DNA of 32,000 nt from Delftia acidovorans NBRC 14950. Its GTDB lineage: Bacteria; Pseudomonadota; Gammaproteobacteria; Burkholderiales; Burkholderiaceae_C. Location of the stretch: positions 270,001 to 302,000 of the forward strand of contig NZ_BCZP01000002.1 of assembly GCF_001598795.1 (NCBI RefSeq). The letters run 5' to 3'. Shown here piece after piece: positions 26,173 to 32,000 of the stretch. How positions within the stretch are numbered: the stretch's first letter is position 1; each line of letters begins with the position of its first letter. Position numbers and translations under genes: made by a program. The notes under the pieces are model-generated. The model made no database searches and was not told the origin of the DNA. It was given only the letters and a program-made list of their open reading frames with translations.

Positions 26173-27144
26173 TCAGGCATTGAGGATCCATTCCTCCTCA
26201 CGCCGCGCCGCGCCGGAATGCACGAGTGCGTCCACCAGCGTGCGGCCCCAGTCGTGGGCGGAGCCGGCTGCGAAATACCGCGCATGCAGCATGCCGAAGT
26301 AGGGCGTGGCGGCCAGCCAGGCCAGCAGATCGGTGGTGCGTATGCGCTGCCAGTCCAGCAGCCGGTACTTGAGCAGCACCTTGGCCGCGTAGAGCGCGTG
26401 GCGCTCGGGGGCGCGCACAAAGCCGTCCAGGCGGCGGCGCGCCGTGTCCAGCGCGGCGGCCACGCCGGTGAAAACGCCGCCGTGGCCGGGGACGATGGTG
26501 AGCGGTGCCAGGCCTTCGATCACGTCGAGCGTGGCGGCCACCTCGTCGAAGGCGCTCAGGCCCTCGATCTCGGGGAAGACCACGCCGAAGCCGTTTTCCC
26601 AGAGCGCGTCGGCCGAGATCAGGGTGCGGCTGGCGGGCTCGAACAGGATGATGGAGTGCGGATCGTGCCCGGGCGCGGCATGGATCTGCCAGTCGCGTCC
26701 CGACAGCCGCACGCTGGTGCCGGGCTGCAGCACGCCGGTCAGCGCAAATTGCGGGCATTCCTGGCCGGTGGGCGTGTAGCTCAGTGCAGCCGGGTTCCAG
26801 TCGCGCACGAAGGCGGCCTGGCCCGGTGCGGCGTAGGTTCTGGCCTGCGGCCAGTGCGCCTGCAAGGCAGCATTGCCGCCGCAGTGATCGCTGTGCAGAT
26901 GGGTGTTGAGGATGCGTGCCAGCGGTTGGCCGGCCAGCGTCTGCTCGACCAGCAGCACGGTCTGCCCGGCATGGCTGACGTAGCCGGTATCGACCACGGC
27001 AGCGCCGTCGTCCTGCGGGTCGTCTACAGGGACATCGGCATCGGCGGCGAATACGATGTTGTTGGCCGACAGCCAGCCGCGCTCCAGCACGGTCATGCCG
27101 GGGGGCAGCGCGGCGCTGTCGCTGGTTGGGGCGGAAGTTGTCAT
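26173..27144 (-). CDS. MBL-fold metallo-hydrolase
   Basis: The HxHxDH motif is THLHSDHCGG, with later His/Asp ligands (APGHDPHS, ISADAL, PGHG). 323 aa. Confidence 0.85.
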   Translation of the reverse strand: MTTSAPTSDSAALPPGMTVLERGWLSANNIVFAADADVPVDDPQDDGAAVVDTGYVSHAGQTVLLVEQTLAGQPLARILNTHLHSDHCGGNAALQAHWPQARTYAAPGQAAFVRDWNPAALSYTPTGQECPQFALTGVLQPGTSVRLSGRDWQIHAAPGHDPHSIILFEPASRTLISADALWENGFGVVFPEIEGLSAFDEVAATLDVIEGLAPLTIVPGHGGVFTGVAAALDTARRRLDGFVRAPERHALYAAKVLLKYRLLDWQRIRTTDLLAWLAATPYFGMLHARYFAAGSAHDWGRTLVDALVHSGAARREEEWILNA

Positions 27145-27229
27145 GAGGAGGTGGGCGGCTTTTGCCCGAGGCTAACAGCCGCAGGCAGCCACGGCTGACG
27201 CGTGGGCTACAGCTGCGGCCGTGCGGGTT

Positions 27230-28930
27230 TCAGGCGGGATCGCGTAGGGCGCGCCTGAGGATCTTGCCTACGTTGGTCTTGGGCAGTTCGTCGCGGAACT
27301 CCACCGTGCGCGGGCGCTTGTAGCCGGTGAGCTGGTCATGGCAAAAGCGCATCACCTGGTCCTCGGTCAGTGCCGGGTCGCTGCGCACCACGTAGACCTT
27401 GATGGCCTCGCCCTGGCGCTCGTCGGCCACGCCCACGGCTGCGCATTCGAGCACGCCGGGGCACATGGAGATCACGTTCTCCAGCTCGTTCGGATAGACG
27501 TTGAAGCCGCTGACCACCATCATGTCCTTCTTGCGGTCGATGATGCGGGTGAAGCCCTCCTGGTCCATCACGCCGATGTCGCCGGTGCGCATGTAGCCGT
27601 CGGCCGTGAAGGCCTTGGCGGTTTCATCGGGCTGGTTGTAGTAGCCGCGCATGACGTTGGGGCCCTTGATGCACAGCTCGCCGGCCTCTCCCATGGGCAG
27701 GTCGCGGCCTTCGTCGTCCTTGATGGCGATGGAGATGCCCGGCAGCGGCAGGCCGATGGTGCCGCTGAAGGAGGTGGTGATGACGGGGTTGTTGGTGCCG
27801 ATGGCGCAGGTCTCGCTCATGCCCCAGCCTTCGATCATCACGCTGCCCGTGACCTGTTGCCACTGGCGCGCCGTGCCCTCGCTGGCGGCCATGCCCCCGG
27901 CCTGCGACACGCGCAGTTGCGAGAAGTCCAGCTCGCGGAACTGGGCGTTGTTGAGCAGGGCGTTGAACAGGGTGTTGACGGCCGGCAGGATGTGGAAGGG
28001 CCGTTTTTGCAGCACCTTGACGAACTTGGGGATGTCGCGCGGATTGGGGATCAGGCTCAGGCTGGCGCCCATGCGCATGGCAAACAGGCTCACCGTGAGC
28101 GCGAAGATGTGATACAGCGGCAGCGCCGCGATGATGTGCGTGTCCTGGGCCTTCACGCGGCCATGCAGCGCGGGCGTGAACCAGGCATGGGCCTGCAGCG
28201 TGGCGGCCACGATGCAGCGGTGGGTGAGCACGGCGCCCTTGGACAGGCCCGTGGTGCCGCCCGTGTACTGGAGAAAGGCCACCGAATCCAGCCCCGCCTG
28301 GCTGGGCCGCAGCTCTTTCTGGGCGCCGCGCGCCAGCGCCTGGGAGAAGGTCGTGACCTCGCGCACTGTGCCGCCCGCGCCGTCCAGCGGCAGGCTGTAG
28401 GCCGGCACCATCTTGGCCAGGTGGCGCACGGCGAAGGTGATCCAGCTGCCGTACATGCCGCCCAGCAGATCGCCCATGGCCGTGACGCAGACATGGCGTA
28501 TGGCGCTGCGCTCGATCACGTCGGCCAGGGTGTGGGCGAAGTTCTCCAGGATGATGATGGCCGTGGCGCCCGAGTCCTTGAGCTGGTGCTCCAGCTCGCG
28601 CGGGGTGTACAGCGGATTGACGTTGACGCAGGTGTAGCCGGCGCGCAGCACGGCCGCCATGCTGACGGCGAACTGCGGCACATTGGGCAGCATGATGGCC
28701 ACGCGCGCATCGGGCTCCAGGCCCAGTCCCTGCAGCCAGGCGCCCAGGCGGGTGGACAGCTGGTCCAGCTCGCGGTAGCTCATCCAGCGGTCCATGCAGA
28801 CCGAGAAGGGCAGGTCCGCATGCTGGGTGAAGGCCTCCTCCAGCAGGTGTGTGAGCGAGCGGTATTGCTCGGGATGCACCTCGTGAGGCACATCGGCGGG
28901 ATAGTTCTTGAGCCAGGGCGCAGCGTCCAT
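27230..28930 (-). CDS. fadD: Long-chain fatty acid-CoA ligase (FadD-like AMP-binding enzyme)
   Basis: Starts MDAAPWLKNYPADVP, typical of FadD. The AMP-binding motifs are YTGGTTGLSKGA, GWGMSET, YMRTGD and PKTNVGKILRR. 566 aa. The tracked N-terminal extension to 29302 is Pro/Ala/Arg-rich shadow sequence. Confidence 0.9.
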   Translation of the reverse strand: MDAAPWLKNYPADVPHEVHPEQYRSLTHLLEEAFTQHADLPFSVCMDRWMSYRELDQLSTRLGAWLQGLGLEPDARVAIMLPNVPQFAVSMAAVLRAGYTCVNVNPLYTPRELEHQLKDSGATAIIILENFAHTLADVIERSAIRHVCVTAMGDLLGGMYGSWITFAVRHLAKMVPAYSLPLDGAGGTVREVTTFSQALARGAQKELRPSQAGLDSVAFLQYTGGTTGLSKGAVLTHRCIVAATLQAHAWFTPALHGRVKAQDTHIIAALPLYHIFALTVSLFAMRMGASLSLIPNPRDIPKFVKVLQKRPFHILPAVNTLFNALLNNAQFRELDFSQLRVSQAGGMAASEGTARQWQQVTGSVMIEGWGMSETCAIGTNNPVITTSFSGTIGLPLPGISIAIKDDEGRDLPMGEAGELCIKGPNVMRGYYNQPDETAKAFTADGYMRTGDIGVMDQEGFTRIIDRKKDMMVVSGFNVYPNELENVISMCPGVLECAAVGVADERQGEAIKVYVVRSDPALTEDQVMRFCHDQLTGYKRPRTVEFRDELPKTNVGKILRRALRDPA

Positions 28931-29100
28931 GCAGGGTACCTTGGGTTGCTGGGAAGACAGGGGGACAGCGAAGTTGCAGGCGCCGGTCGGCCGGCCACCG
29001 CTGCGGCCGATTCTGGTCAGGCGGGTGCTTTGCGGTCTACACGGGGTTGTCCTAGGGCCTGTGCTACGTTGGCTTCTTTTTTCATTGGGGACGGGCTGCC

Positions 29101-30099
29101 GTGAACGCACGCATTCTGCAAATGGTGGCGCTGGGCACGCTGGCGGGCGCCGCGGCCTGGCTGGCATGGTGGTGGCCGCGTTCACCCGGGCTGGCGCTGG
29201 CGGGGGCGCTGCTGGGCCTGTGCTGGCCGGGCCTGCACCTGGGCCTGCAGATGCTGCTGATGCGCCGCGTGGTGCGCAAGGCGGGCGCGCCCGTTCCGTC
29301 ATGGCGCACGGTGGCGGCAGCCTGGCTGGCCGAGTGGCGGTTGGCCGTGCAGGTGTTTGGCTGGCAGCTGCCGTTTCGCGCCCGTGCCGAGGCCAATGGC
29401 TGGCCTGAGGGCGGCACCACCGGCCAAGTGGGTGCGATGGGCCAGGTGGGCGTGGTGCTGGTCCACGGATTCTTTTGCAACCGCGCGGTCTGGGCGCCCT
29501 GGCTGCGGCGGCTCAAGGACGGCGGCATTGCCTGCGCGGCCATGACGCTGGAGCCGGCGCATGGCGCATCCATCGACGCCATGGTGGCCGACCTTGATGT
29601 CTGCGCGCGCCGCATGGCCCAGGCCACCGGGCGCGCTCCGCTGATCGTGGCGCATAGCATGGGCGGCCTGGTGGTGCGGGCCTGGCTGGGGCAACTGTCG
29701 GTGCAGGAGCGCCCGCAACTGGCGGCCCATGTGGTGACGCTGGCTACCCCGCACCGTGGCACCTGGATGGCGCGCTTCGCCCATGGCCTGCCGGCGCTGC
29801 AGATGCGCACGGACAGCCCCTGGTTGCAGCGCCTGGGGCCGCCGCCCTCGGACGTGTCCTTCAGCTGCTGGTGGAGCTGCTGCGACAACATCGTCTTTCC
29901 ATCGCCCGTGGCCACGCTGCCGGGGCAGGATGCGCACCGCCTGGACGATGTAGCCCATGTGCAGCTGGTGTTCGACGAGCGCGTCTGGCGCTTTTGCCTG
30001 GCGCTGCGCGAGCGGCTTCAGGCTGCAGATTCCTGCAGCGCCGATTCCTACAGAGCGACCTCGCCCGGCAGCAGCGCATCTGCCGCGACGGTGGGCTGA
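29101..30099 (+). CDS. Membrane-anchored alpha/beta hydrolase (lipase/esterase-like, COG1075-type)
   Basis: There is a GTG start at 29101, with an alternative ATG at 29122. Two N-terminal hydrophobic helices are followed by VLVHGF, the nucleophile elbow AHSMGG and ATPHRGT. Confidence 0.75.
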   Translation: MNARILQMVALGTLAGAAAWLAWWWPRSPGLALAGALLGLCWPGLHLGLQMLLMRRVVRKAGAPVPSWRTVAAAWLAEWRLAVQVFGWQLPFRARAEANGWPEGGTTGQVGAMGQVGVVLVHGFFCNRAVWAPWLRRLKDGGIACAAMTLEPAHGASIDAMVADLDVCARRMAQATGRAPLIVAHSMGGLVVRAWLGQLSVQERPQLAAHVVTLATPHRGTWMARFAHGLPALQMRTDSPWLQRLGPPPSDVSFSCWWSCCDNIVFPSPVATLPGQDAHRLDDVAHVQLVFDERVWRFCLALRERLQAADSCSADSYRATSPGSSASAATVG

Positions 30100-30938
30100 T
30101 CGCGCAGCTGGCGGTACAGCGGCTCGAAATCGGCGGCCGTGAGGTCGAACAGCTGCTGCAGGTTGTCGATCACGAAGTAGGTGTGCTGGTAGCTGTCGAT
30201 CTTGTAGAGCGTGCGCATGGCGCGCTCCAGCGACAGCGGCAGGCGCTGCGGCTCGGGGCTGCGCACCGAGTAGTTGAGTTCGCCCGATGAACTGAGAATG
30301 CCCGCGCCATAGGCGCGCAGGCCGCCCTGCTCGCGGATCAGGCCGAACTCGATGGTGTACCAGTACAGGCGCGACAGCATCTCGCAGGCACCCAGCTCGG
30401 CCGCCTTGAGCCCGCCCTGGCCGTAGGCCTGGATGTAGTCGGCGATGACGGGGTTGAACAGCAGCGGCACATGGCCGAAGAGGTCGTGGAAGACATCGGG
30501 CTCGACGATGTACTCGAACTCCTCGGGCTTGCGGATCCAGTCCGTGACCGGGAATTTGCGGTTGGCCAGCAGCGAGAAGAAGGGCACCTCGGGAATCAGC
30601 CCGGGCACGCCGACGATCTCCCAGCCCGTGGCGCGGCGCAGGCGCTCGTTGACTTCCTCGAAGCGCGGAATGCGGTCCTTGGCGCCCAGCGAGGGCAGGG
30701 CGTCGATGAAGTGCTGGCTTGCCAGGCCCGGCAGCAGGGCGGACTGGCGCTCGTACAGGCGCCGGTAGGTGTCGTGGTCGGCCTCGGTGTAGGCGTCGTA
30801 GTCCTGCGCGCAGGTGTAGTCGTCGCTGGCGCGGCTGTAGTCGCCGCGCGGGGGGCGGTCGGCCTGGCCGTAGACCACGGGTGCCACACCGGGGGCGTGG
30901 GCGTGGGACGAGGTGGGGGTCGCTGCGGTGCTCATCAT
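30048..30938 (-). CDS. phhA: Phenylalanine 4-hydroxylase
   Basis: The ATG at 30938 is preceded by GGAGAG. The iron-binding region is FHDLFGHVPLL, with EFGL and LSSSGEL also present. 296 aa. Confidence 0.92.
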   Translation of the reverse strand: MMSTAATPTSSHAHAPGVAPVVYGQADRPPRGDYSRASDDYTCAQDYDAYTEADHDTYRRLYERQSALLPGLASQHFIDALPSLGAKDRIPRFEEVNERLRRATGWEIVGVPGLIPEVPFFSLLANRKFPVTDWIRKPEEFEYIVEPDVFHDLFGHVPLLFNPVIADYIQAYGQGGLKAAELGACEMLSRLYWYTIEFGLIREQGGLRAYGAGILSSSGELNYSVRSPEPQRLPLSLERAMRTLYKIDSYQHTYFVIDNLQQLFDLTAADFEPLYRQLRDQPTVAADALLPGEVAL

Positions 30939-31002
30939 GGTGCTCTCCAAGGATCTTGTCATTGCCGCCCCGGGCCGGGGGCAGGCAAGGCACCTGCGCG
31001 GC

Positions 31003-32000
31003 TCAGAGCTGGCGGATTCGGGCGGCCTGTACCAGCAGGCCGTATTTGCTGTGCTCGGAGCGCACAAAGCGCGCGAACTCCTGCAGTTGCAGTTCTTCGG
31101 GCAGCACGCCCATGGCGGACAGGGTGTCCTGCACCGGGCGGCTGCGCATGGCCTGCGAGAACGCGGCGGCATGGCGCTGCGCCTGTTCCGCGGGCCAGCT
31201 GGCCGGCGCAAACAGGCCGAACCAGTTGGCCATGTTGAAGCCCTGCACCGTGTCGTTGAGGCTGGGCACCTCGGGCAGCAGGGGCGCGCGCTCCAGCGTG
31301 GTCACGGCCAGGGCCTGCAGTCGCCCTGCGCGGATATGCGGCAGCGAAGACGCCAGGCTGTCGAACAGCAGGTCGGCCGAGCCGTCGAGCAGGGCCGACA
31401 GTGCCGGCTGCGTGCCGCCGAAGGGCAGGTGCAGCAGCGGCAGCCGCGTGAGCATCTGGTACATCTCGCCCGACAGGTGGCCGCTGCTGCCCGGCCCGCC
31501 CGAGGCATAGCGCAGCGGCTGGCGGTGCTTGGCAAGAAAGCGCTGCAGGTCCAGCGGCGTGCGTATGCGCCACTGGCGTGCCAGATCGCTGCGCATGACC
31601 AGCACATTGGGCATGCGCGCCACCAGCACCAGCGGCTGGAAGTCGCGCAGCGGGTCGTAGCCCAGCTGGGGCTGCAGCCAGGGCAGCACGGCATGGGTGG
31701 CGGCCGCGCCCATCAGCAGCAAGCGGTCCTGGGCCGTGGCCTGGGCCACCATGTTGGAGCCCTTGGCGCCGCCGTCGCCCGGCACATAGAGGATTTGGAT
31801 GGCTCCCAGCTTCGCGGTGCTGGCCTCCACCAGCGGCCGTGCCGTGCGGTCCAGCGGGCCGCCGGCCGCATAGGGAACGATCAGGGTCAGGGAGTCGGAC
31901 TTCGCATCGCGCGCCTGGGCGGCGGAGGGCTGCTGGGCCTGCGCCGCCGCAGGCAGCCAGGGCAGGGCGGCCAGTGCTGCCAGCAGGCTGCGCCGCGCCA
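31003..32000 (-). CDS. Bug-family (TctC-like) tripartite tricarboxylate transporter substrate-binding protein; 5' end at or beyond the window edge
   Basis: The frame is open to the window end. The minus-strand translation near 31990 gives a signal-peptide-like ...LLAALAALPWLPAAAQAQ, followed by LIVPYAAGGPLD and GGPGSSGHL motifs typical of Bug proteins. Confidence 0.85.
   Translation of the reverse strand, partial: ARRSLLAALAALPWLPAAAQAQQPSAAQARDAKSDSLTLIVPYAAGGPLDRTARPLVEASTAKLGAIQILYVPGDGGAKGSNMVAQATAQDRLLLMGAAATHAVLPWLQPQLGYDPLRDFQPLVLVARMPNVLVMRSDLARQWRIRTPLDLQRFLAKHRQPLRYASGGPGSSGHLSGEMYQMLTRLPLLHLPFGGTQPALSALLDGSADLLFDSLASSLPHIRAGRLQALAVTTLERAPLLPEVPSLNDTVQGFNMANWFGLFAPASWPAEQAQRHAAAFSQAMRSRPVQDTLSAMGVLPEELQLQEFARFVRSEHSKYGLLVQAARIRQL

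Noticed and set aside
22214-27198. Plus-strand ORFs 22214-23710, 23631-24752, 24960-26030 and 25966-27198
   Set aside because: They lie opposite piuC, the TonB-dependent receptor and the MBL hydrolase. The first also overlaps DUF4124 out of frame. All have shadow-frame composition and no motifs.
29009-29025. FadR-like operator (ATTCTGGTCAGGCGGGT) in the fadD / hydrolase divergent spacer
   Set aside because: Only the CTGGTC core matches the enterobacterial FadR consensus. FadR of that type is not expected in Betaproteobacteria, and a single 6-mer core is within chance expectation.
27338-30993. ORFs 27338-29104 (plus strand, 588 aa) and 29299-30993 (minus strand, 564 aa)
   Set aside because: They lie opposite fadD and opposite the hydrolase, and out of frame with phhA. 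Both are Arg/Pro/Gly/His-rich with no domain signatures.
1-32000. Search for CRISPR arrays, tRNA/rRNA genes, IS elements, integrases and known defence-system hallmarks
   Set aside because: Apart from the coding repeats at 14161-14905, I saw no repeat-spacer periodicity. I saw no cloverleaf-sized conserved RNA in the short intergenic regions, and no transposase, integrase, nuclease-helicase or toxin-antitoxin-like ORFs. Gene content is overwhelmingly housekeeping.

Overview
High-GC window: hand counts on individual 60-nt lines give about 70% GC in typical coding sequence. It looks like a Betaproteobacteria chromosome, probably Comamonadaceae-like. That guess rests on a Bug/TctC-family binding protein, an IPTL-CTERM protein and the overall gene content, not on any database search. 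Genes are densely packed on both strands and I can support 28 protein-coding genes. In order they are: (1) a peptide-type ABC importer, made of a substrate-binding protein truncated at the window start, two permeases and a fused double ATPase. (2) A DUF4136-like lipoprotein. (3) ttcA, a FolB/FolX-family gene and a FolM/PTR1-like SDR on the minus strand, followed by a MidA-type methyltransferase on the plus strand. (4) An exported lipoprotein with two H-x-T-x motifs (2H phosphoesterase-like), a DUF2905-like mini-protein and trxC. (5) A divergently arranged OmpR-type response regulator and 7TMR-DISM histidine kinase, followed by a secreted Ig-repeat protein with an IPTL-CTERM sorting signal. (6) cca, an exported M20 peptidase, a GST, queC, 5-formyl-THF cyclo-ligase, an Slt70-like transglycosylase and a DUF4124 protein. 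(7) A fiu/piuA-piuC-like iron-uptake pair with a candidate Fur box. (8) An MBL-fold hydrolase, fadD, a membrane-anchored alpha/beta hydrolase, phhA and a Bug-family binding protein that runs off the window end. I found no tRNA, rRNA, CRISPR array, IS element or recognisable defence system. Most of the window is ordinary core metabolism. The least ordinary part is 10.9-15.0 kb (two-component system, AT-rich repeat-bearing spacer, IPTL-CTERM surface protein), followed by the exported 2H-like lipoprotein at 9.1-10.0 kb. The many long ORFs antisense to real genes are GC-driven shadow frames. All family assignments come from motifs read by eye and no searches were run.
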